DNA of 64,000 bases from Terriglobia bacterium (lineage in GTDB: Bacteria; Acidobacteriota; Terriglobia; 20CM-2-55-15). Positions 1 to 12,449 of the stretch are shown piece by piece. The translations under genes were made by a program, and so were the position numbers. The notes below the pieces were generated by a model. That model did no database searches and was not told the DNA's origin. It was given only the letters and a program-made list of their open reading frames with translations. The stretch is from the NCBI GenBank assembly GCA_963664115.2, contig CAXWPJ010000012.1:1-64000 (forward strand). The letters are read 5' to 3'. The first letter of the stretch is position 1, and each line of letters begins with the position of its first letter.

Positions 1-136
1 CCAGCTCTTGATGGGACACAGTCGGCTCAGCGATACCACGCTCTACCTGCAACTGTCCCGGCGCCATCTTCGAACCGCGCGCAATCCTCTGGATCAGTTG
101 AAGCTTTCACCTGTGGTTAAGGATCCAAAGAAGTGA
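1..136 (+). CDS. Tyrosine recombinase, C-terminal part (partial)
   Basis: QLLMGHSRLSDTTLY...KDPKK*, identical to the end of ORF 35350-36231. Confidence 0.9.
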   Translation, partial: QLLMGHSRLSDTTLYLQLSRRHLRTARNPLDQLKLSPVVKDPKK

Positions 137-1317
137 GCCGGCCACCCTTTGAGGTGGCTGACGTGATTCGCATCGTCGGAGACCGATTCCGACAACGGTA
201 TTTGAAAGCGCTGGCCTGGCCCCAGGTCAAGGTCCTCAACGCGATTACCCATTGCCGGACCGCCGCACTGGGCGGGAACCGGAAACGATGCGACCACTGT
301 GGCCACCAAACGCTGGTCTACCACTCGTGCCGGAACCGCCACTGCCCGAAGTGCCAGACCAATGCGCGGAACACCTGGGTCGAGAAACGGCAACAGGAAC
401 TGCTACCGATCGGATACTTCCATCTGGTCTTCAGCCTGCCCCATCAGTTGATCCCATTGATCTGGCAGAACAAGAAGGTGCTCTATGCGCTTCTGTTCCG
501 AACCAGTGCGGCGGCGCTGATCGAAGTGGCCCGAAACCCCAGGTATCTGGGCGGCGAGATCGGATTCCTCAGCATCCTGCATACCTGGGGACAAACCCTG
601 CAACGCCATCCCCATATCCACTGTGTGGTTCCCGGTGGCGGACTGTCCCCGGATCACGACCGGTGGATCCACTCCTCCCGGACCGACTTCTTCCTCCCGG
701 TCCAGAAGCTCAGCTACGTTTTCAGAGAAAAGTTTCTCGACGGTTTAGCCGAAGCCTTCGGAAACAAGACGCTCGTTTTCCATGGGGAGTGTCTGGAACT
801 GGCCACCGAATCCACCTTCGAGCGGTTCCTCGACGATCTGAAGGATCGGAACTGGGTGGTGTACGCCAAAGAACCATTCGGCGGACCCCAACACGTCCTT
901 CAGTACCTGGCCCGCTATACCCATCGGGTGGCCATCTCGAATCATCGCATCCTCGATGTCAACCAATCCGGCGTTACATTCCGCTGGAAGGACTATCGCC
1001 ACAATGGCCGTCCACGAACAATGACACTCCAACCCGAAGAGTTCCTCCGTCGATTCCTCCTGCATGTCTTACCGAAAGGCTTTCCCCGCATCCGGTACTA
1101 CGGATGGATGGCAAATCGGAAACGCAAGACGATGCTGGAACTCTGTCGGCACCTCTTAGGTCAGGAGTCCATCACCGAGCCGGAGTCCGAGGCGGGTGCT
1201 ACCCCACCGGCACCGTGTCCGATCTGCCGGGGACCGATGCGTCTGGTCGAGCGATTAACCGCGGCACAGCTCGCCGCTCTCGAATCAAAGGAGGTTCCAA
1301 TTCAGGATAGTGCGTAG
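133..1317 (+). CDS. IS91-family (HUH/Y2) transposase with N-terminal Zn-binding domain
   Basis: SCRNRHCPKC Zn motif, HPHIH HUH motif, YLARY; GTG start overlaps integrase stop (GTGA). Confidence 0.92.
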   Translation: MSRPPFEVADVIRIVGDRFRQRYLKALAWPQVKVLNAITHCRTAALGGNRKRCDHCGHQTLVYHSCRNRHCPKCQTNARNTWVEKRQQELLPIGYFHLVFSLPHQLIPLIWQNKKVLYALLFRTSAAALIEVARNPRYLGGEIGFLSILHTWGQTLQRHPHIHCVVPGGGLSPDHDRWIHSSRTDFFLPVQKLSYVFREKFLDGLAEAFGNKTLVFHGECLELATESTFERFLDDLKDRNWVVYAKEPFGGPQHVLQYLARYTHRVAISNHRILDVNQSGVTFRWKDYRHNGRPRTMTLQPEEFLRRFLLHVLPKGFPRIRYYGWMANRKRKTMLELCRHLLGQESITEPESEAGATPPAPCPICRGPMRLVERLTAAQLAALESKEVPIQDSA

Positions 1318-1782
1318 CCATCGACACTCAACAATTCCAGCCCAACGCGGTCGTCCAGACTGCATCGCCGAAGTGTGTCCAGACGCCAAAAACACGCGTG
1401 CTCAAGTGCCCTTTCGCTATATCCAACCCACCCCACTCGGGCGATCGACAGTGATTTTCCGCTACAACCACCCCCCACCATCACTGCGTCTCCCCGATTC
1501 AGCCTCCAATCCATGGATTGAAAACCCATAGGTCTTCTCGTTCCCGGCCGCGCCTGCGCCTCACTTCAAACCATTCTATCCGACATGCCCCGGCATCATT
1601 TTTTGTCACTGTCGGTGCCGGACCATCTCCGATACAAAACTGACGTTAGCCGGCAAGAAACAAGCCAACATTGGAACTTGGACGCATACTTGATTACACG
1701 GACGAGTCGCAAGCTTCCGGAAGGTAACTTCCCGGTCCTTGTAAGCGCGTTGCTTGAAACGAGACGAACCCTACGGCACTAG

Positions 1783-3631
1783 TCCCTGAACAAGCGTGAT
1801 TGACGAGGAAATGATAGTGCAATAAGAGCGGAAGTACCCGAAATGCCCCGTCTCCGTGCGAAAAAAACCTTGAACAGATTCTTCGGAAAAGGAGGCATTT
1901 CAGATGAACGATTATACGCGCAAGAACATGAGGAACCGCAAGCGGCGAATCGAACGTCGGCTTGGGGACCGGCATTGGACGGATCAGGTAGAGCCGATGT
2001 TTTCGGCGAGCAACATTCAGTACGAGATGGGAGAGCGGACGCGGGGCACATCGGTTGGTGGTATCGGGACGATGCAACTGGTGGCGCGGCGGACCGGGCT
2101 GATCGAAGCCATCGACAAGGGCGTGCATGTGTTGAAGCGGCACCTGCCGTATCACGAGTCGGATCACGTGCTGAACATCGCCTACAACGCCTTGAGCGGA
2201 GGAACGTGCCTGGAAGACATCGAACTGCGGCGCAACGATGCGGTGTATCTGGATGCGCTGGGAGCGCAACGGATTCCGGATCCGACGACGGCGGGAGACT
2301 TCTGCCGGAGATTCGAGGCCGACGACGTGGAGTGTCTGATGGAGGCAACCAATCAAGTCCGGCTCGGAGTCTGGCGACAGCAACCGGCGGCGTTTTTCGA
2401 AGAAGCGGTGTTGGACGCGGACGGGACACTGGCCGAAACCACGGGGGAATGCAAGCAAGGGATGGACGTGGCCTACGACGGGACGTGGGGATATCACCCG
2501 CTGATGATCTCGCTGGCCAACACCGCCGAACCGCTGTATCTGGTCAATCGTAGCGGCAACCGGCCGTCGCATGAAGGAGCCGCGGTCCGGTTCGACCAAG
2601 CCATCGCATTGTGCCGGCATGCGGGGTTTCGCCAGATCCTGCTGCGCGGGGACACGGACTTCAGCCAGACCCGGCATCTGGACGGATGGGACGACCAGCA
2701 GGTGGGTTTCATATTCGGGATTGACGCGATGGCGAACCTGAAGGCCCGGGCCGATGAACTGGAGCCGCGCCAGTGGAAGCGCCTGGAACGGCCCGCGAAA
2801 TACGACGTGGCGACCGAACCGCGCCAACGTCCCGACAACGTGAAGGAAGAGATCGTTCGGCAGCGCGGTTTCGACAATATCCGCTTGCAGGGTGAGGATG
2901 TGGCCGAGTTTCGGTATCGACCCGGAGCCTGCGATCGGGACTACCGTGTCGTCGTGGTGCGGAAGAATCTGTCGGTGGCCAAAGGAGAGCAGGTGTTGTT
3001 TGACGACATCCGGTACTTCTTCTACATTACCAACCGTTCGGATCCGGCCGACCAGATTGTGATGCGTGCCAATCAACGGTGCAATCAGGAGAATCTCATT
3101 GAGCAGTTGAAGAACGGCGTTCAGGCGTTGCGGATGCCGGTCGGAGATCAGACCAGCAACTGGGCCTACATGGTGATCGCGTCACTGGCCTGGACACTGA
3201 AAGCGTGGTTTGCATTGCTGCTTCCCGAAACCGGACGTTGGGGCCAAAAATATCAGGCTGAGAAGCAAACCGTGCTGCGCATGGAGTTCAAAACCTTCTT
3301 GAACGCTTTCATGCTTGTGCCGTGCCAACTCGTGCGCACCGGGCGGCGCATTCTGTTCCGGATCCTGGCCTGGAACCGGTGGTTGCCGGTCTTGTTCCGC
3401 GGGGTGGATGTGTTGCGTCAGCCTCTGCGATGTTGACCCGATCATGACTCTGAGCCCGGGCGATCGAGGTCCCGGTTTCTGTCAACCGTCCAACACCAGC
3501 GAGGCTGAACTGAAACAGATTCAACAGAAACTCGATACCTGGAACAGGCCATCCGGGAACGGGATTCTATGCCTCGAATTCTATCGGCGCGAACTGGGCC
3601 TCGGCGGACTGGTTATGCGCTTGTTTTGGGA
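1783..3631 (+). mobile_element. IS1380-family element
   Basis: Imperfect IRs TCCCTGAACAAGCG / CGCTTGTTTTGGGA, flanked by CTAG at 1779-1782 and 3632-3635. Confidence 0.8.
1904..3436 (+). CDS. IS1380-family DDE transposase
   Basis: 510 aa; LDADGT, GYHPL, LLRGDTDF, ENLIEQLK motifs. Confidence 0.88.
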   Translation: MNDYTRKNMRNRKRRIERRLGDRHWTDQVEPMFSASNIQYEMGERTRGTSVGGIGTMQLVARRTGLIEAIDKGVHVLKRHLPYHESDHVLNIAYNALSGGTCLEDIELRRNDAVYLDALGAQRIPDPTTAGDFCRRFEADDVECLMEATNQVRLGVWRQQPAAFFEEAVLDADGTLAETTGECKQGMDVAYDGTWGYHPLMISLANTAEPLYLVNRSGNRPSHEGAAVRFDQAIALCRHAGFRQILLRGDTDFSQTRHLDGWDDQQVGFIFGIDAMANLKARADELEPRQWKRLERPAKYDVATEPRQRPDNVKEEIVRQRGFDNIRLQGEDVAEFRYRPGACDRDYRVVVVRKNLSVAKGEQVLFDDIRYFFYITNRSDPADQIVMRANQRCNQENLIEQLKNGVQALRMPVGDQTSNWAYMVIASLAWTLKAWFALLLPETGRWGQKYQAEKQTVLRMEFKTFLNAFMLVPCQLVRTGRRILFRILAWNRWLPVLFRGVDVLRQPLRC

Positions 3632-3660
3632 CTAGTGCGATCCTCTAAGATTACTTCTTC

Positions 3661-4134
3661 ATGCTGAAGCGAACAATTGTCTATTTCAGTCTGTCATTCG
3701 GATTCAGCTGGGCCGTCTTTGCTGTGGCTTGGGGATTTGGGCTATTCCGTAACGGCGTTGGTCTGGCGGAAGGACCGTTTCTTTTCCTGTTCATGTGGGG
3801 GCCCGCTATCGGTGCAGTTGTGGCGACGCTTATGTTCGACCGTGCCCGATGGCGGGCGATCCTGGGCCTGAGCTTTACTCCTAATTGGTGGTGGGCTGGA
3901 TCCGCACTCGCCGCAGCATCACTGGTCTTGGGTGCAACGTATGCGAGCGCACTTTTGCCGAATGTGGAGTTGATCGGCGTGGAAGAGGGCATTGCCCGAG
4001 CGCTCGCAGACCAGCCGTCTCTAGTCGAAAACGCCCTGCCGCCTCTGCCTGTGTTGCTCGTTTTGTCATTCCTCGGCGGCGCGTTACTCAACGGAGTATT
4101 GACGCTCACTGAGGAACTTGGCTGGCGAGGATAG
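3661..4134 (+). pseudogene. Truncated CPBP (CAAX protease-like) membrane protein
   Basis: Hydrophobic helices; ORF stops right after motif 1 EELGWRG, and the His motifs are missing. Confidence 0.7.
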
Positions 4135-4202
4135 GAAAAATGAGAGCGCTTTCGCAATGAAGATCGTTCATCGTCTGGCATTTCATCGCTCGATCAAGGG
4201 GG

Positions 4203-4289
4203 AATACGACCGACGAGACCGCGTCACAGAGGATCAACATCGTCCTGAACTGGTTTGAAGAACTGAAGGAACGGGTGCCCCTGCCGTGA
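4203..4289 (+). pseudogene. Remnant C-terminal tail of a kinase-TolB protein
   Basis: Translates ...QRINIVLNWFEELKERVPLP*, matching the end of the kinase at 20624. Confidence 0.75.
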
Positions 4290-4346
4290 TGCGGTGTTCT
4301 TTTGCCCCAGCAGCCCTGAAATCCATTCTCACTGCCTGATAAATCC

Positions 4347-5588
4347 TGCCGGCTCAATCGGTCGATGCAACACATGCGTTAAATCGTTCGGCCGGAGTCT
4401 GAAACCCCAGCGTTTGACGAGGCCGTCTATTGAGCTTCGCTGCAATCATATCCAGATGCTGCTGAGAGTGAACGGATAAGTCTGTTCTTTTCGGGAAATA
4501 GTGTCGAAGCAGGCCGTTCGTGTTTTCATTCGAGCCCCGTTGCCATGGACTTCTCGGATCGCAAAAGTAGACGGCAATGTCGGTGGCCAGAGTGAACCGT
4601 TTGTGATCGGCCATCTCCAGACCGCGATCCCAGGTCAGTGATTCGTAGAGTTCCCTTGGTAGTTGATGCGCGTGTTCGATCAACGCGTTGATGACGGTTT
4701 CGGTTTTCTTGTTAGAAACTTTTGCCAGCATCACATAACGGGAGTGACGTTCGACCAGAGTGGCGATGTAGGAGTTGTTCGAACCCGCTATCAGATCCCC
4801 TTCCCAATGACCGGGGACGGCACGATCTTCGACCGAAGCCGGGCGCTCACGGATCGAGACCATGTCTTCGATTTTTCTCTTTCCATGGCCTTTCCGGCTC
4901 GCTTTTGCGGATCGGCGGATCGTGCGTCCCGAGCGCAGATACTGAACGAATTCTTTCTTCAAAGCCCCGCGGGCCTGGATGAAAAGGCTGCGATAGATCG
5001 TCTCGTGGGACACGTGAAGCGACTTGTCGTCCGGGTATGTGTACTTGAGCCACCCGGCGATCTGTTGGGGCGCCCAGTCGTCGGCCAGCTTCTCTTCAAC
5101 CAGTTGCCGTAGTCGCGGACACCGGGAAAGACAACACGGCTTCCGACGATGCGCACGTCCCCAGGCCCGCTGATCCGCAACCGACGCTCGATAGTTATCA
5201 TCGCCCCCGTTGCGGGCAATCTCCCGGCTCACTGTCGAAGGTGCACGACCGAGTACGAGCGCAATCGAGCGGATCGATCGTCGGGCTGCAATGCCTCTGG
5301 AAATCTCCTCGCGTTCGGCCAGACTCAGCGCCCGCGCCGAACGACAACGCGGGCGCGGCCGGATGCCTCCATAGACGGCCAGTTGCCCGTGAATTGTCGA
5401 TCCCCCTCGATCCAGTACACGTCCGATCTCTTTAGTCGATTTCCCTTCCTGCCACAGTTTCCATATCTTCACGACCTCGGCTGCTGTGAACCATCGCCGC
5501 TTCCTATACGTCTTCTTCTTTCGTTTCTTGGGCATACACTTCACCCCTCCTTTCATGTGAAGTGTTGCATTGACCCCTTGAGATCACC
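4347..5588 (-). mobile_element. IS30-family element
   Basis: 26-bp imperfect IRs ending in ATGCAACA; 2-bp duplication CC. Confidence 0.88.
4354..5535 (-). CDS. IS30-family transposase
   Basis: SHETIY, GHWEGDLI, WDRGLEM, PWQRGSNENTNGLLR; ATG at 5535 after GGAGG. Confidence 0.93.
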   Translation of the reverse strand: MPKKRKKKTYRKRRWFTAAEVVKIWKLWQEGKSTKEIGRVLDRGGSTIHGQLAVYGGIRPRPRCRSARALSLAEREEISRGIAARRSIRSIALVLGRAPSTVSREIARNGGDDNYRASVADQRAWGRAHRRKPCCLSRCPRLRQLVEEKLADDWAPQQIAGWLKYTYPDDKSLHVSHETIYRSLFIQARGALKKEFVQYLRSGRTIRRSAKASRKGHGKRKIEDMVSIRERPASVEDRAVPGHWEGDLIAGSNNSYIATLVERHSRYVMLAKVSNKKTETVINALIEHAHQLPRELYESLTWDRGLEMADHKRFTLATDIAVYFCDPRSPWQRGSNENTNGLLRHYFPKRTDLSVHSQQHLDMIAAKLNRRPRQTLGFQTPAERFNACVASTD

Positions 5589-5846
5589 CCTCTTGTCGGA
5601 CGTTGAGATTTCACAATTTCAGTCAGCATCAACCGACTCCATCGAGTCATTCCCAAAAAACCAACAACTTGAAACCAAAGCGGTCGCGAGTGGGCCTGAA
5701 GTGGATTACGTGCTGTCAGAGCCGTTGAAGTGCCCCAGGTGCGCGGGAGAGATTAGCGAGGAGACGTTGGTGGAGTGGGAATAAAAAGCGGCGGTGATCC
5801 CGGCGAACACGACGATACTTGGCCGGGTGCGTCCTACACACCCCGG

Positions 5847-6227
5847 CTAAGCGCTTGCGGGGCGGGCAGCCGCCATGCCCCCGACAGCTTCGGACTCGTC
5901 GGTCTCAACGTCGAAAATCGCACTCAACCGGGTGATGTCCAGCAACTCCCGAACTCTTTTCGTCGGATTCAGGAGTTTCAGTTGCCCCTGGTTGTTTTGA
6001 AGAGTCTCGTAAACCTCGACCAACGATTCCAACCCCCGGCTGTCGATGTAGTCGAGCTCCGCCATGTTCAATATGAGGCGGGGATCATCGGACTCGATGA
6101 ATTGTCGAACAGCTCCTCGAAACCCGTCGATCGTAGTTCCGCTCTGAAGACGGCCGGCCAAGTCCAAGATGGTTATGGGGCCAGCCTTGCGGATCCGGAC
6201 GGATAAGCGTTCCTTGGTCTCTTTCAT
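5847..6227 (-). CDS. STAS-domain anti-sigma factor antagonist
   Basis: LNMAELDYIDSRGL motif; GGAGG RBS before ATG 6227. Confidence 0.85.
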   Translation of the reverse strand: MKETKERLSVRIRKAGPITILDLAGRLQSGTTIDGFRGAVRQFIESDDPRLILNMAELDYIDSRGLESLVEVYETLQNNQGQLKLLNPTKRVRELLDITRLSAIFDVETDESEAVGGMAAARPASA

Positions 6228-6665
6228 TGCACCTCCTGGCAATCCGTGGCATCAGCCTTGCGGGCCGTTAAGGGCTTTGTGTGACACCCTTGAATATCAT
6301 AGTGAAATAGCCACGTCAGGTTTGTTCTGTCAAGTAAATACGGCACCGTAAGTCCAGTCAGGCTCTTCTTTCGTCAAGTCGTGGCCGAACTGCGTACAAT
6401 CTCCGCATGCCCCTCCCCATTTTCCGGTTTCAGGTCCCGGAATCCGCGCAGGGTAGTCTTCGCGATAGAGTGGCGCCCCGTTTCCAGAAAAGTTGACTTG
6501 CACAATCGCTGTTCCACACGGCAGTGCGGGCAATCAAGCCCCAATCGAAGCACGACAGTTTACGTTCAGAATCTTACGCATCCATTTGCTCTCCGTGGGA
6601 TTGGCTTGTCAGACTGCCGCTTCATCCAGTGGGTGATGTTCGCAAACAAGGGGTGATAGGGGCCA

Positions 6666-9600
6666 CTAATTCAACGGCCCTTTGATCACGCGAATGCGGT
6701 TGTTTCGCGTGTCGGAGATGAACACGTTCCCGGACAAATCGACGGCGACGCCTTTGGGGAGGTGAATGCTGGCTTCCGTTCCGACGCCGTTGTCGCCCGA
6801 AAAGGTCGAGCCCCCGTCGCCCGCGATTGTTTCTATGGTCCCAGTCTGAGAATCGACCCGGCGAATCCGGTTGTTCACGCTGTCGGCGATGAACAGGTTG
6901 CCGGCCGAATCTACTGTGACATCAAATGGTTTGCTCAGGAGCGCGTCGACCGCTCGCCCCCCGTCCCCGGCGAACCCTTCGAAAAACCCCCCGGTGCCGG
7001 CGACCGTCGCGGTTTCCAGCGTCGCCAGATCGATTTTGACGACGGTGCTGTTTCCGAAATCCGCCACAAAGAGCTGGTTGCGGAGTCTATCGATTGCGAT
7101 TCCCAAGGGGCCCTCACCCGCGAGGTTGTCGCTCAGGTCCAGGACCACGCTGGTGGCACCGGCCGTGTCGACCTTCATCACTTTATCGGTTATCGCATCG
7201 GCGAAATAAATGTTGCCGTTCGCGTCCAGGTTCACACTGACGGGTTGTGAGGAACCGAAATTTTCGCCCGCCACATCGACAATGGTGGTCAGAATTCCGG
7301 TGTTCACATTCACTTTCTGAATCTGGCCGGCCACAGTATCGGCGATGTAGATGTTCCCGCCGCTGTCTGTGGCGACATCCTCGGGAAATATCAGGCTGAA
7401 CTCCATGGCCGGCACGCTATCCATGAAACCGGAGCCAGCGAGATTCAGGGCACCGCGGCCCGCTAGGGTAGTAATGAGTCCGGTCCCCAGGTCGACCTTC
7501 CGGATTCGGCTCACGAATCGGTCCGCGATAAGGAGCGATCCATCTGGCGCGATTGTGATCCCGCCGGGAGAAAAGAGACGGGCCGCCCATGCCTGCTGGC
7601 CATCACCCAGGGGCAGACTACCGCCGGCATACTCCGTGACCTCGGTCGAGCTGTCGATCCTCAGTATTCTCGAGCTGAACTCACCCGTTCCCTGAGCGGG
7701 AGCATCGGAGACAAACAAGTCTCCGCTGCTGTCTACGGCGAGTCCTTTCGCAAACGTTGGGAATTCAAACTCACCCGACAGTACCGTCGTGACGAGGCCG
7801 TCCCCAAACCGCACGATACCCGCCGCCGCCACGAAAACGTCGCCTTCGGGCGACAGCGCCAGACCGAGCGGTTCCGAGATCCCGAATTCCGTCGCTATGC
7901 CGTTCGTCACCGAGCGCGTGGTGATGCGTTCACCGTTACCCAACACGGTGGAGATCACGCCGGTTGCATCGACCGTTCGGACGCGGAGATTGTCGGTGTC
8001 GGAAATGAGCAGGTTGCCGTCACGGTCCAGGCCAACCGCCCGCGGCCCGTTGAGACTCGCGCTGGCGGCCGGCCCGCCGTCCCCGGAAAAACCGGCGGCG
8101 CCGTTGCCGGCGACCGTCGTGATGATCCCGGTTTCCACATCCACTTTTCTGATGCGATGATTGCCGGTATCGGCGATGATCCAGTCGCCGTTCTGATCGA
8201 CCATGATTCCGAGGGGCCAGCTCAGACGTGCGACGACAGCCAGGCCCGCATCGCCGCTCAAGCCGAAGCTTCCGAGCCCGGCGACAGTACTGATCAGACC
8301 GGTCGACAGGTCCACCATCCGGATCCGATTGTTGCTGCTGTCGGCGATGAGCAGATTTCCTCTCCCGTCCAATGCCAGTCCCCAGGGCTTATTCAGCTTT
8401 GCGGCCACCGCCGGTTCCCCATCGCCGGAGAATCCCTCCAACCCCGTACCAGCAACCGTCAGGATGATTCCGGTTCGTCTGTCGATTTTCCGGATTCTGT
8501 GATCATCGGGATCGGCGACATAGAGGTCGCCGGTGGAATCGAAAGCAATGCCATACGATCTCCACAGGAGGGCGGACTCCGCGGCAGATCCGTCGCCCGA
8601 GAAAGAACTACCTCCGGCTATCGTCGTGATGTAACCGACGGGCAACTGATCCAACGAAACCGGCTCGACCAGCAACGCACTCTGGGTAAGCCCACCTCGA
8701 CCCTGGACCGTCAGGGTGGAACGTCCACTTGGAAGAGCGGGGGAGACAAACACCAGCGTCTGGCTGTCGACGAATTGGACAGCAATCGTTACGCCGGCAA
8801 CGAAAACCGAGGAATCCGGAGCAAAGTTCCGTCCCGTGATGGTCACCGTTGCACCGCCCTGGACGCTGATCTGTGGCGGGGTGATGGCGGTGATTTCGGG
8901 CTCGGCGAAACGGATCTCTTGAGCAACTCGGTCTGTCTCCGCAACCAACAGTCGACCGCTCTCGGTGATGGAAAGGCCGCGGGGGCTCTCGAAGGTTCCC
9001 GGCTGTGCGGTCTGGACCAGACTGCCATTTGTCAAAACCGTCCGGACGCTGCCGGATGTCCGTTCGCTGACGTGAATGTTGCCAAACGCATCGACGCTGA
9101 CACCTGTCGGCGTGGTGAAGTTGAGGGGAACACCCGCAATAATGTCGCTTGCCAATTTCGCGACCTCGGTCACTGCGGCAACGGAACCCGACGTACCCCC
9201 GGTCAGTGTTTCGACCAGTCCGGCTGCGGTCACTCGACGGATCAGCCCGTTCGCTGTGTCCGCGACGACGACCCGAATCTCTGGCGGGGGATCCCCTCTA
9301 GCTTCGCGGGCAAGTTGTTGCGCTGTGGTCTCCGATTCAATCGCGATTCCGGTGGGTTGGTTGAATCGGGCGTTGCTTCCCTGCCCGTCCGCTGAGCCGG
9401 GTTGCCCGGCGCTGCCCGCGATGGTTTCCACTTCTCCGGTCACCAGGTTGATTCTTCGGATCGTGTGGTTATCTTTGTCGGCGACCCACAAGTGTCCCCG
9501 GTTATCCAGCACCACCCCCTGGGGATTGTTGAACCCGGCCTGATCGGACGCACCGTCCAGACTGCCCGCCGTCCCGGTCCCCGCCAAGGTCGCGGATCGC

Positions 9601-10996
9601 CCGTTCGGTCCCGGTGCAATCGTCCGAATCACATGATTGGCCGCATCGCTGATGTAGAGATCTCCTCGGGCCTGATCCAGTGTCAGAAACGCCGGACTGG
9701 CAAACTCGGACTGGAGTCGCAGATCGTTCTTCAGTCCCGACCGTTGTCTCTGTCCCGCATACACCTCCGGGGTCTGCGACAAACTCTCGACCCGTACCAC
9801 GGTGTGATCTGCCGTCGAGGCCAGATACACCCGTCCAGCCAGATCCTGTGTGATACCGGTCCCGAACGCTCCCGACACGCCCGACTCGATCCCAACGACG
9901 GTGATCGTCGCCGTCGCCACGGTGTCTCCACTCTGAATCGTTAAGGTCGAAAAACCCCGCTGGTTCCCCGTAATCTGTCCACTACCGGTGATCGTCGCGA
10001 CCGTCGTGTCCAGACTCGTGAACGTGAAACCCATGTCGTCTCGTGCTTTGCCGGTGCTGTCGAGGGCCAGGATCCGTGGCCGGACCGTGTTGCCTTCGTT
10101 GATGGTGACTTCCGTGGTCGGGGCATTGGTCACCGAGTCCCGCAACGAAATACTCGACACCGTTCCGGCGTCTCCGGGAAACAATCGTTTCCCTTCGTTT
10201 CCTGCAAAGTCGAAGGTGAACTGGTCTGCGGTTTCTCCGGCCAACGGCACGGTCATCGGTGACCCGTTTGCTTCGTAGAACTCCACACCCACTTCCGACG
10301 CCTCACCGTTAAGGAACACCATCCGTGTCTCAAACCCGCTCCCGATGACAATCGTGGAAAACACTTTCATCGCTGCGGTCTGGGGTTGGGTCAGATCCGC
10401 TACCGGAAGCACTGCCATGATCAACTGCTCTCCCGTCAATTGCAGCGTGAGGGGTATCACCGCGACCGGACTCTGAATCTCAATCAGCCCGTTGTATCCG
10501 TTTACCATGCTGGGGAACAGGTCGTGGGCCATCTGTAACAGATGACCTCCGGGAGGAATCTCGCGGCTGACCCGCTCCTGTTCCTCTCCGAACCGGTTCT
10601 GGAGGATGAACTCCACCTCCACAGACTGGATCCCCCGGTGGGCTAGGGCCACCACGATCTGGCGCCCCCCGCTGTGGTCCACCGAAATCCGTGCCCGGGT
10701 GGTCTCCCGCGCCTCTCCCATGCCGGCCTCGGTCACCAACCCGTCTCCATTCCACAGTTGCACGACCGCGCTTGCCGTCGGTGTTGGCCCGACTTCCGGC
10801 GTCACCCGCGCATACCCCAGCGCCAGCGCATCCCCCCTCAGTTCGGCCCGGTACACCCCGTGCGGCGCGATCTGATAGGGTGCCTCCGAAGCCTGCCCCC
10901 CGTCCCAGTCCACCGCCATTGGAGTTCCGTCTGATCCTGCCAGCCGGATCCGACCGGAGACGCTCTCCTCACCCGGGTTGATGAGCATCAACTGGG
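6666..10996 (-). pseudogene. Large NHL-repeat (teneurin-like) surface protein with Ig-like and IPT/TIG domains, 5'-truncated by IS3
   Basis: Many AGxG...GDGG...PxGxAxD...IADxxNNRIR repeats; PEITAITP...VTITGRNF IPT motif; frame begins at the IS3 end and lacks a signal peptide. Confidence 0.8.
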
Positions 10997-11055
10997 TGTA
11001 CGTCGTCAGAATAATTCGGACAAAAAGACCATTTAGCTAAGAGACGGTTTTGAAG

Positions 11056-12080
11056 TTATACCACTCCAATCCTAAGGTTCTCGATTTTGCGTCGAGCCAG
11101 CGTTTTTCTTTTGATCTGGTCACGACGTGCAAGGATCTGCTGATCCCTCCCGAAGAACACGTCAGCCGGTGTCACGTTGTTCAGAGATTCGTGATACCGA
11201 TGGTGGTTGTAGTGTTCGACCCATTGCGCGATCGCCTGCTCAAGTTCCCACGGATAATAGTAGTGTTCCAACTTGACCACGTTCTTCATCGAACGGTGAT
11301 AGCGTTCGATCTTGCCCTGTGTCATCGGGTGATAGGGCGCACCCCGGGTGTGTTCCATACCACGACGTTGTAAATAGTCTTTGAGTTCGTGCGATACGTA
11401 GCAGGGGCCGTTGTCGCTCAACAATCGCGGTCGGTGCCGGACTTGTACTTGTCCGACATCTGTCGCCTGTAGTGCAACGTCCAGCGTGTCCTGAACGTCA
11501 GATGCGGCCATGGTTTGAAAGAGCTTCCAGGCGATGATGTAGCGAGAGTAATCGTCCAGCACGGTCGACAGGTAGTACCAACCCCAACCGACGACCCTGA
11601 AGTAAGTGAAATCAGTTTGCCAGAGTTCGTTCACACGCCGGGTTGGCTGCTGGAAGTGATCGCTGGCCGTCATCACGATGTATGCGGGACTGGTGATCAG
11701 GTCGCATCTCTTCAGAATCCGATACACGCTGGATTCGGAGATGAAGTAGTCCTGGGTGTCGGTGATCTGCCAGGCCAGTTCCCGCGGTGAGGCTTCCGGG
11801 TGGTTCAACGCGGTTTCGACCACCTGTTCCCGCACCGGTCCCGGAATCCGGTTCCAGCAGAAGCCGGGGCCGGAATGCCGATCTAACAAGCCGGCTGCGC
11901 CACGCTCTTTGTATCGTCGATACCAACCGTAGAACGTGCTGCGGGGGACGCCCAGCTCCCGGAGGGTCGCTGTCACCGACAACTCCGAGTCTTCCACCAC
12001 TCGGATCGTCTCCAGCTTCTCAGATCCCGATTGCCTCATATATCGATGCTCTCGGAGTCCGTTACGTTCAACGTTTTTTT
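11056..12080 (-). CDS. IS3 OrfB (integrase core, DDE), -1 frameshift fusion to OrfA
   Basis: WQTDFTY, LSDNG, GKIERYHRSMK. Confidence 0.88.
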
Positions 12081-12401
12081 CAGAAAACGATTCTTTAGCA
12101 GTATTTCGGCCACGACCTGCTTCAACTGATCGTTTTCCTGCCGCAACTCGGTGACTTCGCTCGATGTCGCTTCCCGCTTCGTGTCCCCAGCCAGCCGTTT
12201 CTTCCCCGCCTCCAGGAAGTCCTTGCTCCACCGGTAATACAGATTTGACGGAATCCCTTCGCGTCGGCACAGTTCTGCGATGCTCTCTTCGCCTCGCAAC
12301 CCTTCCAACACGATCCGCACTTTCTCCTCAGACGAGTACTTCTTGCGCGTCTTTCGACGAATCTCTCGTACCCGATTCTCTGCCGACACTTTCTCACTCA
12401 T
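12036..12401 (-). CDS. IS3 OrfA (HTH)
   Basis: RKKYSSEEKVRIVLEGLRGE..SIAELCRREGI. Confidence 0.88.
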   Translation of the reverse strand: MSEKVSAENRVREIRRKTRKKYSSEEKVRIVLEGLRGEESIAELCRREGIPSNLYYRWSKDFLEAGKKRLAGDTKREATSSEVTELRQENDQLKQVVAEILLKNRFLKKTLNVTDSESIDI

Positions 12402-12449
12402 TCGATCCTCCTTCAGATCGTTCTGATTAGAAAAGTGTCTCTTAGTTTT

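Larger units (their letters stand above)
1..1648 (+). mobile_element. IS91-like element carrying tyrosine recombinase + Y2 transposase, copy 1 (left part outside window)
   Basis: Reverse complement of 33838-35485; identity stops after ...CTGACGTTA at 1648. Confidence 0.85.
4326..5609 (+). repeat. dif-like 17-6-17 site S1, interrupted by IS30
   Basis: Reconstituted TTCTCACTGCCTGATAA-ATCCTC-TTGTCGGACGTTGAGAT (arms 4326-4342 and 5593-5609). Confidence 0.8.

Noticed and set aside
6325-6335. TTCTGTCAAGT as another dif-like site (also TTCTGTCAACC at ~3477)
   Set aside because: No matching partner arm 6 bp away
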